The notes under the pieces: generated by a model | Databases searched by the model: none | What the model saw: the letters and a program-made list of their open reading frames with translations, nothing else | What the model was told of the DNA's origin: nothing | From: Eledone cirrhosa | Taxonomy: Eukaryota | Reading direction: 5' to 3' | DNA: 64,000 nucleotides | Assembly (NCBI GenBank): GCA_964016885.1 | Contig: OZ024740.1 | Location: forward strand, 156,302,001 to 156,366,000 | Shown: in pieces, positions 12,137 to 25,240 of the stretch | How positions within the stretch are numbered: the first letter of the stretch is position 1 | Layout: every line of letters begins with the position of its first letter | Program-made: the position numbers and the translations under genes

Positions 12137-12256
12137 GCATTAACATATGTTTCATTGTCTAGTGTGTAATCGATTGTGTCTTAAAATTGCTATCTACAAT
12201 GTTATTGTGAAATTCGGTTTTAAATACTGTTTATACGAGGCAAATTATCAAAATAC
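12137..12256 (-). ncRNA. Hammerhead-like motif with U3/A8 covariant core and long helix-II insert
   Basis: GUAUU-UUGAUAA-UUUGCCU...AGACAAU-GAA-ACAUAUGU-U-AAUGC. Confidence 0.45.
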
Positions 12257-12529
12257 TGATTTTGGATTGAGCAGTACAACGTATTTATAGTGAGGTATAC
12301 AAACACCAAGACGAAAATCAAAATAAATAAACTTAGGGACTTTCATGTCTGATAAAATAATATGATAATTAAAGTGAAGAATGATGTATACAATGTATGT
12401 TATAAAATAAAAAAATAAGTAACTCAGACCATATGCGAGAAGAGAGGAGTAGAGGGTGGAATTCTGAGAGAAATCTCGTATTCAATGTAGATGTGTCTTT
12501 AGATTGTCAGCTTCTCTTGCAAATTTTGG

Positions 12530-13560
12530 AACAGAATTGAAAGAATTAAGAAGAAGGCAACTAAAATAAACTCATGGTATGATAGCAATAAATATCAGAG
12601 TGTAATGTTCGTCAATACAACCCTAGAGGCGAACTAGTTTATAGATTTAGAAGGACCCTAGACAAGCTCAAATTAAATATTAAGATAGTTGAAAAACCAG
12701 GTATTCCCATAAAAACCCTAATTAGCAAAACATACCCATTTAAAAACTTCTCCTATGCTGATAGGAAATGCATAGTCTGCAATTTAAGCCCGCAAATTAA
12801 CTGCTAAACTAGGAACGTAGTATATAGCATAAGATGTACTGAGGGACAGTGTAGGAATAAGAGTATAACATACATAGGTGAAACAGTCCGTAGTATAGGA
12901 GAAAGGATAAGTGAAGACTGGCGAGAACTCCAGGATGGGAAAAAACTCATCAGTACTCCACCAACATGCCAAAATAGAACATAGGGGTATATTAGAGAAC
13001 ATAAAGATAAAAATTATATCCACACACAGAAAAGATGCAATGCTCAGACAAATCACAGAGGCAACAAATATAAACGAACTCCAACCAAAATTAAACAGAA
13101 AACATGAGTGGAATAGCAACATCACAACTATCATTTAAGGACAAAATGAAGACATACAGACACATACAAAAACTAAACTAACAAAACAAATCAGACACAC
13201 ACAGATAGAACAAACAACCAACTAGTGACAAATAAATAAAAACATACACACGCACCAGGATGTAACGCATACGCAAACTAAACACAACACATAACACACA
13301 AAAACAAAATGGTGTGGGACAGAACAAAGGAGAGACACGCAATAAAAACCTAGTCACTGAAGAAGTCACAAAAAGAGTTTTGACAATGTATAAACAACCT
13401 TCCAGTTATCGAACCAACCAATCGGAAATTTATAATAAATTGAAGTGAAAACCAACAGGTGTGTGTATTTTTATTGGCAATATGACCCTCCCAAAGTATA
13501 ACAATATTTGTTTCAACACATGTTTTCAGATAAGAAATCTCGCAAAACAAATTTAAAACG

Positions 13561-13563
<3 letters not shown>
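12530..13563 (+). mobile_element. 5'-truncated, decayed Penelope-like element (GIY-YIG C-terminus + 3' UTR/pLTR)
   Basis: Translates to RNVVYSIRC...TYIGETVRSIGER...LHQH...RQITEA...LNRKHEWN. Contains a deleted HHR at 13353-13384 and ends in (TA)n. Confidence 0.8.
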
Positions 13564-13616
<53 letters not shown>

Positions 13617-13794
13617 CAAATAGTTTATCGCTCTACATGGCTGAATACAATAAATGTAATCTGAGTTTTTAGAATATTAATAATAATATTCGATTCGTTT
13701 GCAATTATTGAAACAGCCGCTTTTTAAGCCATGTCAGTAGAATGACCCCGCCATTCTTGCTCTTGTATTGGCATGCAAACAGAACTGCAGACAC

Positions 13795-15060
13795 TAATGT
13801 TTCTGGGAGATAATCCTTCATCAGTACGGTATACATCATCAAGCACAGCAACATAAGAATCTTTGCAGATGATTCCAAGTTCAAGGTCATCAATGCAGAG
13901 AGTGGCTTCAATCAGATCAACTGGCTATTATCCAATGGACGAAAAAGAAAAATATGCTGCTGAACGAGGATAAATTTGAGTTAACCCACTTTGGAAAAGA
14001 GGATGCACTCAAATTCCCACACTCCCTTCCTTCAGGTTAAACTCTCGTGGCATCCAACGATAAAAGAGACATGGGAGTAATTGAGGACAACAAGATATGC
14101 TTGGCCACTCATATAAACACCAAAGTTGCCATGGCCCTCAGAATGTGTTCCTGGATTCTCAGAACTTTCCAGTCGAGATATATCCACACCATTATCTTTC
14201 CATTCTTCACCTTTGCCCGACCCCACATTGAATACTGTTGTCCCCTGTCGTCTCCCTACACGAAACAAAGTATCATGAAAAATGAAGTCCCTCAAAGATC
14301 ACTCACAAAAAATAGATGGCATGACAGGCCTTGACTATTGGAGTCAATTAGAAAAGCTCAACCTTTATTCTTTCCAACGCCAACATGAGCACTACATTAT
14401 CTGCATGATTGTGGAAAATATTCCATCAGCATTGCCCAAATGATGTTGGCATCATCTTTAAAGTACACATAAGGCATGGGCCCTTTTTGAAGTGTTCCAA
14501 AAAAGAGGTTTGGACTAATGTTCTTTAACTATCCTTGAAAACTCTTCGAGATAGTACCTAGTGCTCCTATGACAATCGGACTTTGATCTCATGACAGTCC
14601 CAAATCTTACATAATTTCCACTTTAAATCCTGGTATTGGTTAATTTTCTCCCTCTCCTTCTGTTGCACTCTCGTGTCAAATGGGCAGGTTACATCTACAA
14701 TCAGCTACGATCTTTTTTCCTTGTAAAAAACCACCAGGTCAGGCCTATTGTGTTCTAATTTCTTGTCTCTCATCTCAACAACAATACGGCAAAATTATTT
14801 CAACTCAATTGGACCCGCTCTCTTTAACATTACACCAAAACACATTAAAACAGAAACAGACCCCATAAAGCTCAATAAGTCTTTGGAAAATTCCTTCAAG
14901 AAATCCCGGATAAAACTCCTACACCCAGATATGTTTCCATAAACAATAACACTCTACTTGAGTGGGCCATGGTGTCCAAATCCTGATTTGAAAGACTTCG
15001 CCAGGTGGTGCTGTTAAGTTAGATAGGACTATGGCCAATACTGGCAGAAACCTAAAAATG
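13795..15060 (+). mobile_element. Decayed CR1/L2/Jockey-group LINE 3' fragment
   Basis: IFADDSK (RT catalytic motif) near 13858 and RPHIEYCCPLSSPY in ORF 14047..14334. Many stops and frameshifts. Confidence 0.65.
14487..14767 (-). mobile_element. RLE-endonuclease (R2/R4-group) LINE fragment nested antisense in the CR1-like remnant
   Basis: Manual translation gives HNRPDLVV...IVDVTCPFD...EKINQYQDLK...IVIGALGTI, a PD-(D/E)xK RLE signature. Confidence 0.7.
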
Positions 15061-15136
15061 TTATCTCCCCCCCCTCTCTCTATATATAGTAAAAATAAAT
15101 ACAAAGACCAAAATCCGAATAGGGCTTAATAAGGAT

Positions 15137-15137
<1 letters not shown>

Positions 15138-15200
<63 letters not shown>
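15138..15200. repeat. (TCTA)n microsatellite at the 5' end of Tx1 copy D
   Basis: Read directly from the sequence. Confidence 0.95.
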
Positions 15201-15201
<1 letters not shown>

Positions 15202-15202
15202 A

Positions 15203-17533
15203 ACCACAGCGGAACATCTAGATCGTACCTAGATAGGTTTCTAGTTAGAGTTAGTGATAGGACATGTTAAGCAATCCACAAATGTTCATGGTTGCCTATT
15301 CAGATCACAAACTAGTGACCTGCTTAGTCAACCTTGATAGAACCCATAGACAGGGACCTGGCTACTGGAAGCTGAACTTGTCGTTACCGACATGCAAAGC
15401 CTACAGTAGACGGATTAGCACTTTAGTTAAGCAGCACTTGACGGGGGCCATTGTCAACAACAGATGGTGGTACTCTCTCAAGAGGGCAGTCAGACTAGAC
15501 TCGATAGGTTTTAGTAAAGAATTAGTGTTAGATAGAAATAAGACCAAAAAGGAACTGGTAGATTAAGAAGAAGTGGCACTTAGGAGTGGCAACGTGCTAG
15601 CGACGAGAACGGCCTTGGACCAGTTCTTCGACGCAAAGCACGAAGGCTGCGTTGTCAGGAGCAAAATACGTGCTCTGGGAAACGAGGGAGCCAAAGCTGT
15701 TAGCTGGGCCCGAGTGACAGAGGCGAAAAGTGGCAACAAGTCCACGATTCGGTCTTTGAAGGACCAAGACGGACGTGTGATGCGTGAGCCGAAGGAGATG
15801 TGCGCGGCTTTTCAGCGGCACTTTGCTCAACTGTTTGGGCAAGGCAGCGCGACGAGAGGGGCTATGGATTTCAGTCCATATCTCGACGGCCTGCCGCGAC
15901 TCTCGGACAGCGAGGCGAAGTTCTGCGAAAAGCCGATTTCGGCCGCTCACATAGGGGACGCGCTGAGCCAATGAGGCAAATGCAAGTCTCCGGGTCTCGA
16001 CGGTCTACCCCACGAATTTTACGTAGCAATGCCGGACTTGTTCTCCGGACTCCTGGAAGCGGTTTACTGCAACTGGCAGCAGAACGGAAGAATTCCCAGT
16101 TCTGTGACCAAGGGCGTAGTCACGTTCGTCAGAAAGGACGAGAATAAGGAGGATGACATAGGCAACTTCCGGCCCATAACTCTGCTCAACACAGAATTAG
16201 AGATTTTGGCCAAGGTGTTGGCAAAGAGGCTAGAGCTTGTCGTTGAAAACCTGGTGCGAGAAGCGCAGACATGCGCAAGTTGGACCAGGTCCATACACGA
16301 CAACCTCCACCTCATGCGATACATCATAGAGAGGGTAGGGTGTAAACCCGGCTTCTCTGGGGCCCTGATCAACTTGGATCAGACTAAGGCTTTCGATAGG
16401 GTTGACCATCGTTACCTGGATGCGGTGCTCGACGCGGCAGGCTTCGGACCCGTGTTCAGGGGCTGGATTGCTGCAATGCACAGCAGCAACTTCTGCTCAA
16501 GGATCAAGCTGAACGGCTACCTTTCGGAGTCGTTCCATATCACGTGATACATCCGACAGGGATGCCCTCTCTCCTCCCTACTGTACGTACTGACTCTAGA
16601 GCCACTACTGCGCAAGTTGGAGCTATTGCAGAGCATCCCTTTGGAACCGGGACTGCGAAAAGCGGCGTCGGCCTACGCCGACGATATCACAGTAATGGTG
16701 TCGAGCACCTCGCAAATCGGGGAGGCCGGCACCTTACTGAAAGAATACGAAAGGTTCACAGGAGCGAAGCTGAACCGGGACAAATCCGTCGGTTTGTAAC
16801 TCGGAACGCGGAGAGGCAAACCGATGCCTTCCGATGGCATCGTCGGACACTGGACGGAAGTACCGGTAAAGCTGCTCGGGGTCTGGTTTGGTCTGGACCT
16901 CCAGGTAGAGAAGAACTGGAACGAGGTGACAGCCAAAGTGTTTGCGTTCACCCAGAAGTGGGCCGAGTGCAAACTATCCTTGAAAGGTCGAGCGGAGGTG
17001 GCGAACACTTTTATAGCGTCCGTCATCTACTACCTCTTGACCATCGTGCCTTGTCCAGCCAAAACGCTCACCAAAATGGAATGCGCGCTCTTCCAATTCC
17101 TTTGGAATGAGCGGGCTCATTTGGTGAGAAGATCCATCTGCTGCCAACACCCTTCAAACGGAGGGCTGGAGGTGTCGTGGCTGACGATGCGCAAACTCGC
17201 GCTCGGGTTGTGGAACCTCCACGTATTCCTTACCGGACAACCAGTGTTCGTGAGGCGAGCCTTCCCACGACTCGTTTCGCTGACCGAGCTGCAGTCCTGG
17301 GTCAAGCAAAGACCGAAGAAAATGGGTGACTGGCACATCGAATGTGCTCAGGCGCTCACAGTCCTCTGGCAAACGGCCCCGGCGATCAGTGGAGACTCCA
17401 CTTCGTCATTCTATAGAGGATTGGTCCGCAGCAAGTGCGACGACGCGCTCGGAGAAACTCTAGGCGTAGAGGAAGACGAACTGGCCAGTCTGTTCGGTAG
17501 GACCTTCCGCCCGGGACCGATGGACACCTTCCA
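15203..17533 (+). mobile_element. L1/Tx1-like copy D, decayed ORF2 (pseudogene)
   Basis: ORF pieces at 15264, 15573, 16029, 16617 and 16824 are colinear with copy C, broken by stops and frameshifts. Truncated by a PLE pLTR at ~17535. Confidence 0.92.
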
Positions 17534-17534
17534 T

Positions 17535-18005
<471 letters not shown>

Positions 18006-18174
18006 AGTAGTAAATCCATTCTGACGTTGATGAGACACAAAGTTGTGTATGACACGAGGATATAGAGAGCCCTCACAGAATAGAAAGCCAAACTCTCACG
18101 TGGTGAAGAATCTGCTAAAAGCCAAACTTCCACGTGATGAAAAGAATCTGCTGACCGGTGCTGGAGACCCATAT

Positions 18175-18297
18175 AGAGGTAGAACACTGGAAGGTAATAT
18201 CCGTAGCAGTAGAGCACTCAGTCTATGGGACGAGTTCTACCAAACTCGTCCCATGGACTGAGTGCTCTACCACTACGGATATTACCTTCCAGTGTTC

Positions 18298-18304
<7 letters not shown>
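18175..18304. repeat. ~130 bp fold-back hairpin
   Basis: Arms 18175-18236 and 18243-18304 are reverse-complementary with about two mismatches. Confidence 0.9.
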
Positions 18305-18384
<80 letters not shown>

Positions 18385-18389
18385 ACATA

Positions 18390-18678
18390 AACCACTTGTC
18401 GTCGAAGATTTGGTTGGGGAGGCGCAAACTTGCGCAATCCCGATCAGGTCCATACACGACAACCTCCACCTCATGCGATACATCATAAGGAGGGAAGGGT
18501 GTAAACCTGGCTTCGGTGGGGCTCTGATCAATTTAGATTAATCAAAGCATTTGATAGGGTCGATCATTGGTACCTCGAGGCTGTCCTCAAGGCAGCTGTC
18601 TTCAGCCCCGTCTTCAGAAGCTGGATCGCTGCAATGCACAGCGGCATCTACTCGGTGGTCCAAGTTAATGGCCACCTA
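18390..18678 (+). mobile_element. Tx1-like RT internal fragment
   Basis: AQTCAIPIRSIHDNLHLMRYII...GFGGALINLD. Confidence 0.85.
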
Positions 18679-19147
18679 ACAATTAATTAGTAAATTATCA
18701 CGTTTTATACCTTAAATTTATTTTCCGTTCCTCTGCACGGTACTATCGTTCAATGTACGGATAATATATCTGTAACATCCAATGATGATCCACTTTCATA
18801 ATTTCTAACTATAATTTACTCATCTTCCCGTTTACTATATATTTTATTTACTTCAAGCTAGATTTTAACTTTTAATGTCTAATTCTCAATCTGATTACCA
18901 ATTCTAATTTCCATTGTGAAACCATAATATCTAGACCCCACAATTAAGTTCATATTCTGTTCGCGAGTGATAGTCAATTCTATTGTCCATGCATAGTTTT
19001 GGAGTAGTATTGAAATAGATTGAAAATCATTGACTTCCTCTACCACAGAGTTTCGGTCGGTTGCCACTAGACTGGCAGTGGGTTACAAATTAGTTGGCTG
19101 GCATCTGCGACCGTGTCACCATACCAGCCTGGGTGGGGGAAGGGGGA

Positions 19148-20118
19148 CATGCCTACAAGACAACATGAGAGAACGGTTTGTCGACCTTTTGCGATGGACA
19201 TCCCAATGTGGGTAGCAGATCCCTTCATAGCTAACGTCGATGATTTGGACGTTATATTTCAGGAAGAATTCATTGAACTTCAAGCAGATGACATGATCAA
19301 AATTAGATTTCCCAAAATAGGTGAACCCCTTTTTTGGATGCAAGAGGAAATTCAGACTGCACAGTAAGGCTCACAACCGCTACAATGTAATTACATGTGG
19401 AGATCTCCGGTACATCTTACGAAAATCCAGCCTGACGTCAAAGAGTTAGCTAGACTCCATGAAGTTCAAGGGTCCCATTGAAATAAGGTCAAAGTTAAAG
19501 TAAGTTGATTTATCCGTAAACATAGATATGCTATTGTTACAAAGCAAACTAACAATTTTTTTTCATTTGTAGTTGCAGTCTGACTGGACTGGAAACCATC
19601 TACTACAATTCACTTACTCATTTGTTGTATATATTTTACCATTTACTAATAAATATACCCTCCCGCGTGGTCATGAAAACCCTCCTCCGTGGTCTCTAAG
19701 CTCACAAAGCGGAGGGGACATCAAGTTAGATATCAACATTTATTCTGTCTGTTTCATTAAAGGGAAAATTGGAAAGCTTTGAAATGATATAATTGCCACT
19801 TTCTTCCAGATAAGAGCACTCTTTGGATAGAGTTGCTCTTGTATAAATGTTCAAAATAGCTGGTATCGCCTGGTCCTTATTCATAAAAAAGAACATTTAT
19901 GTTCCTTTTTTTGAAATTTATATATTTCCTTTCAAGGAATGTATTTATACTCTCAGCTGCCTGCAATGGTATCTTTGGAATATTGTTAATCAATTTTTTA
20001 GTAATCTACAGATATCAAAATCAGTAGTATATTGAAAAAAAGAAAAATAGGGTAGGGGCGTTTCGTGATTTCGAGGGACAAAAGGGGGCGTTTGGCCTAA
20101 ATGGGTTGAGAACCTGTG
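19148..20118 (+). mobile_element. hAT (Buster-like) DNA transposon 3' remnant, copy 1
   Basis: Highly similar to 33212-34303. Ends GGGTTGAGAACCTGTG, a TIR-like end. Confidence 0.75.
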
Positions 20119-20129
20119 ATGTAGATATA

Positions 20130-20348
20130 TATAATGGTTTCTTATATAGGCACAAGACCAGCAATTTGGAGGGATGGCGAAGTCGATTAAATCGACTACA
20201 GTGTCTTACTGGTACTTTATTTTATCGGCCCCGTAAGGATGAACGGCAAAGTTAACCTCGGCGGGATTTTAACTCAGATCATAAAGGGCCATAACTCTAT
20301 GCTGCAAAGCATGGTGTCCGACTCTACCGATACTACCAATCCACCGAC
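20130..20348 (-). mobile_element. SINE, octopus-type family
   Basis: Same CORE-like block and tail as 7975-8165. Confidence 0.8.
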
Positions 20349-20537
20349 CTCATGTAGATATATATAATGATAATAATAAATGTACTCACTCATAGAAAGA
20401 ATCAACTCGAGATTGTCTAAAGTTCACTTACACGGCCGTTTTATGAGTTCCAAAAATATAATGTTTATAATCGATCCATTGATTGGGTTCAATCACCAAT
20501 CATCGAGCTTATTAACACACATTATCAAGACTATGGA

Positions 20538-20665
20538 CTTTGGTAGTATCGGCAAAGCTTCAGACACCATGCTTTGTAGCATAGAGTTATGACCCTTTAC
20601 GTTCTGAGTTCAAGTCCCGCCGAGGTTAGCTTTGCCTTTCACCCTTACGGGGTCGATAGAATAAA
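20538..20665 (+). mobile_element. SINE, octopus-type family (3'-truncated)
   Basis: GAGTTCAAGTCCCGCCGAGGTTAGCTTTGCCTTTCACCCTTACGGGGTCGATA. Confidence 0.75.
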
Positions 20666-20716
20666 TATATGTATATACATACATATATATATATATCCCT
20701 CCACCCTCTCTCTATC

Positions 20717-20751
<35 letters not shown>

Positions 20752-20753
20752 GA

Positions 20754-20802
20754 GATTCTACAGGACTAGAACTGTTTCATTCTTTAGAAATCATCAGGAA
20801 TC
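20754..20802 (-). ncRNA. Hammerhead motif family A, left arm of palindrome
   Basis: Identical to 9721-9769. Confidence 0.7.
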
Positions 20803-20808
20803 ATCAGT

Positions 20809-20857
20809 GATTCCTGATGATTTCTAAAGAATGAAACAGTTCTAGTCCTGTAGAATC
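20809..20857 (+). ncRNA. Hammerhead motif family A, right arm of palindrome
   Basis: GATTC CTGATGA TTTCTAAAGAAT GAAACAG TTCTAGTC CTGTA GAATC. Confidence 0.7.
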
Positions 20858-20949
20858 TCATCTATATTAAAACTTTTATACTCTGCTATGTATTGATTAC
20901 CTTAATTTCTGTGGTTACCTCCGATTCAACCCGGAATAACTTATATAAA

Positions 20950-21010
<61 letters not shown>

Positions 21011-21226
21011 CATTGAGCTATTTAACTTACTGGTAATAAGGTAGTAATAAATTACTGTCTTTCACTGTTTAGGTAGTAATATATATATATATATATTTAC
21101 ATTGAGCTATTTAACTTACTGGTAATAAGGTAGTAATAAATTACTGTCTTTCACTGTTTAGGGTTTAAAATATATATAACTATAAAAAGTTTTAGTATAT
21201 ACATAACCATAAATAGTATCCTTAAT

Positions 21227-21274
<48 letters not shown>

Positions 21275-21641
21275 CTGTTTTGTTTATATATGAAATAAAT
21301 TGGTAATTTATCTACAAATGCATTTCCTTTCCTTTTTGGAAAACCTCTCTCAATCATAAATCTATAATATAACATAAGTACAATTAAAGAACTTACATTT
21401 TTTGATGTCAGAAACCGATGTTGTTATTGTAAATATCCCTGTACAAAATTAAATCCAAGTTCGAATGTGGTCGAGTTAAACTTTCCTTTGTTTTTTTTCT
21501 GTTTACAATATATATAGTCTTTATACTCACATATTCATATGTATACATATATGTATTTATGCCTGTATATCTATAACTCCTTTAATGTTTACAATTAATT
21601 ATAGTCTCTTTGTCTTTATGTTTGTGTATAACTATGATATG

Positions 21642-21677
<36 letters not shown>

Positions 21678-21811
21678 CGTATGAGGTTAAATATTTAATG
21701 TATGCAGAAGTGTGTGTGCATTTATGTTATTGAAAGACCTCGCACATGTAGAAACACCTGTGAATGTGTGAATGTATGAGTATGTGAATATACGTGTGTG
21801 TATCTATAACT

Positions 21812-21860
<49 letters not shown>

Positions 21861-22211
21861 TGTGTACGTGTGTAAGTGTGTGTATCTTTCTCTAGGTCCG
21901 TATTTCAGAGTTCGCACATGGGAAGAATAAGTAGAGCTACAGTCTTAAACAACTTATTGTGGGTCAGTGTGGTATAAAATACGATATAAATGTGTGCGAC
22001 TGACTGACAGGTCCAATAAACTTTAGGTAAAGAAAACTATACGGGACAAAACTGTAGCAGCAGCAGCATGAGCGTCACCAACAACGATAACTACAATAAC
22101 TATTAGAATCCAAACAATAAAAACTAACCAAACAAACAAGTACAGAGAACAACAAATAAACTTAGGTGTGTTGTCATCTTACATCCTGCTAGCCTGTATT
22201 TGTAGCTTTAG

Positions 22212-22244
<33 letters not shown>

Positions 22245-22335
22245 TATTTTTTTTTCTAAAGCTACAATTAACTGTTCTACTCTGCTATGTATTGAGTACC
22301 TTACTGTGGTTACCTCCGATTCAACCCGGAATAAC

Positions 22336-22373
<38 letters not shown>

Positions 22374-22407
22374 TTGTAGTTCTAAACAATTTAATTTTAT
22401 AATATTA

Positions 22408-23389
22408 CTAGCAGTAAAGCCCGGCGTTGCTCGGGGTCGCTCAGTAGCTGTGTTAAAGTTACAATGTTAAGTTTCTTTCTTGGCTTAAAAACTGTAGTGT
22501 CTACTGTGCAGACTTGCATGTGGTGTTTTTGATTAATATTCCCTCAACCAACAATATGCCTTATGAAGTTAAGAAAACATAACGATAACCCGAATGTTAT
22601 AACAAAAGAGGATGCTGGGGATAGAAACTGCACTGGTTATTTATTAACAAAGATCGAAAATGTAAACACTGCAACGCAGAGAAAAACATTAGCGTAACCA
22701 AATTATCAGTTATGTCTGTCTGCACGCCTATATCACCTCTCTGCACGACTGTCTGTCTGCACGCGTATATCACCTCTCTGTACGACTGTCTGTCTGCACG
22801 CCTATATCACCTCTCTGCACGACTGTCTGTCTGCACGCCTATATCACCTCTCTGCACGACTGTCTGTCTGCACTCCTATATCACCTCTCTGCACGACTAT
22901 CTGTCTGCACGCGTATATCACCTCTCTGCACGACTGTCTGTCTGCACGACTGTCTGTCTGCACGCCTAACGACGAAATATTTGCTTGTTTTACGTAGTCT
23001 TTAAATATACTTGTTTTCAAGTAAACATATTGTTTTAAAATGCTTTTAAATGGAAATGAAGCAAAACGGAAGCTTAGTGTTCGAATGTTCGTGTATTGTG
23101 TTAATATCATTTTAAACGCTGAGAAAGCCAGCGTAATTTTTTACGTAAGACGCTCAATGTAAACAGAACAAAGGGAAATAACTGATCACTTACGCTCAAA
23201 AATCGATACATTATATTCGATTTCGTCACATAGGGTGGGTCAATTTGAAATTATTTTTTTTCCGATGTCTTCGCTAGGGCTCAATGTACAAGTATAGCAA
23301 TTTCGGTGCAATTCCATGAGAGATTCTAAGAGGAGATGTGTGCCAAAAATCGATAGACAGACAGACAACCACAGTTTTATATATATAGA
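22408..23389 (-). mobile_element. Non-autonomous Helitron-like element
   Basis: The minus strand starts A|TCTATATATATAAAA...(GTCT)n. It ends with hairpin CCCGAGCAACGCCGGG, a short spacer, then CTAG|T, consistent with an A|T target. Confidence 0.75.
22713..22968. repeat. 37-bp minisatellite, about 6.5 units, inside the Helitron-like element
   Basis: Unit TGTCTGTCTGCACGCCTATATCACCTCTCTGCACGAC, head-to-tail with no spacers. Confidence 0.95.
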
Positions 23390-23399
23390 TAATTTTACA

Positions 23400-23588
23400 G
23401 TGGGTGGATTGGCAGTATCGGTAGAAGGTCGGACGCCATGCTTTACAGCATAGTTACGTCCCTTTACGATCTAAGTTCAAATCCCGCCGAGGTTAACTTT
23501 GCCTTTCATCCTTACGGGGTCAATAAAATAAAGTACCAGTAATGCACTGGGTAATTGCTGGCCTTGTGCCTAAAGTAGAAACAATTAT
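23400..23588 (+). mobile_element. SINE, octopus-type family (near full length)
   Basis: GGTGGATTGGCAGTATCGGTAGA (A-box-like), GTTCAAATCCC (B-box-like), CORE-like block and tail. Confidence 0.8.
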
Positions 23589-23733
23589 AACTTTACAATT
23601 ATGGTTCAATACGATCACATGATCAAACCCAAGCTGATCGATACAGAAACAAATTGTAATATGTAGTAAAGTTTATAAAAAGCTGCAATTCTTATTGTCA
23701 CTTTATATATATATACATATACATACACCCCCC

Positions 23734-23769
<36 letters not shown>

Positions 23770-23799
23770 GGGAGGTGTATGTATATATATAACTTTTTG

Positions 23800-23870
<71 letters not shown>

Positions 23871-24523
23871 TACACCTCCCCTATATATATATATGTATTT
23901 TTTTGTGGAGTGTGTATAAGTGATCGATCAGCTTGATCAGATATGAGAGTTTATATGGGTGGTCCCACCCACGTAAACTCTCATATCTGTGTCGATTAAG
24001 AGTCGAGATCTGATCACATGATCAAACCCGAGCTGATCGATATCGAAATAATTTGTAATATGCAATAAAGTTTACAAAAAGCTGCAATTCTTATTGTCAC
24101 TTTATATATATATATATACATATATACATATACATACACCCACCCACCCCCCATATATATATATATGTATAGGAAAAAGTGAGACCCCGACGGCAGAGCT
24201 CAAGCCGTTTCGACGACTAATTCTGGACTAAATAAGAATTTTTAGCCTGATAAATAAACGACAACCTGCATTACATCCACCGCCGGTCGAACCATCCTAG
24301 AAACATCACCAATAACCTGGTTAAAAACATCTCCCTCCGCATATCTCGTTTGTCCGCTAATGAGCAGATATTCGACGAACATGCGCCTTATTACAACAGG
24401 GCCTCAAGCGGACTGGCTTCCGGGAGGAATTATCCTATTATCCAGCTTCCATTAGCGGAACCAGCAGGCGACACCGCCGCTCACGCAACGTAACGTGGTT
24501 CAATCCTCCCCGACAATGCCGAG

Positions 24524-25240
24524 GTGACAACACCTATCGGGAAAATCTTTTTTAGGCTCATCGAAAAACACTTCCCACTACAACACCACTACCACAACAT
24601 AATCAAGAAAAACACCATCAAACTCTCCTACAGCACCACACCTAACTTCGCACAAAACATCGTCTCCTCTAACAAAAAAAAAATCAACCCCTATGGAAGA
24701 AATAACCTAGACAGCAGTGGAGAGCCGACCAGGAGGTGTAACTGTCCTGATAGATCCCTTTGCCCCCTCAACAATAGATGCCGAGATCGTAATGTGATCT
24801 ACCAGAACAACGTGAGGACGGATACCTCCAATAAAGCTTATATAGGATTAACCGCCTGTGGCTTCAAGACCCGGCACTTCCTACACCGAGATACTTTCCG
24901 AAACCCGGCCCGGCATCATGCCACTACACTTTCGGGCCACATCTGGGACCTCAAAGATAATAATATAACCTACAATCTCACTTGGAGCTTACTGTCCAGA
25001 GCTAACTCTTACACGGGAGGACGCCGTCCGTGTAACTTATGCTCGGAGGAAACATTACAAATGCTGTTTTCGAAGGACCAACTCCTAAACAAGAAAGACG
25101 CACTGGTGACTGCATGCAAACACAGATTGCGTAGGACTTACCTCGCCCTCAAACCCCATAATGACCCGGGGGGAGGGGGCGGTAGACAAGGGCTGAAACA
25201 CCCCACTTGCCGATTTTGTAACCCCTGCTTACAAAGGTAG
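24524..25240 (+). pseudogene. PLE thumb/linker + GIY-YIG endonuclease fragment
   Basis: CNCPDRSLCPLNNRC, VIY...AYIG, CNLCSEE and CKH. The upstream WFNPP motif is frameshifted. Confidence 0.85.

Noticed and set aside
22713-22968. 37-bp repeat array as a CRISPR
   Set aside because: Units are contiguous with no unique spacers, there are no cas genes, and the context is eukaryotic.
23400-23490. A/B-box sequences as tRNA genes (also 35195-35318 and other SINE heads)
   Set aside because: No cloverleaf forms, and each is followed by SINE body sequence.
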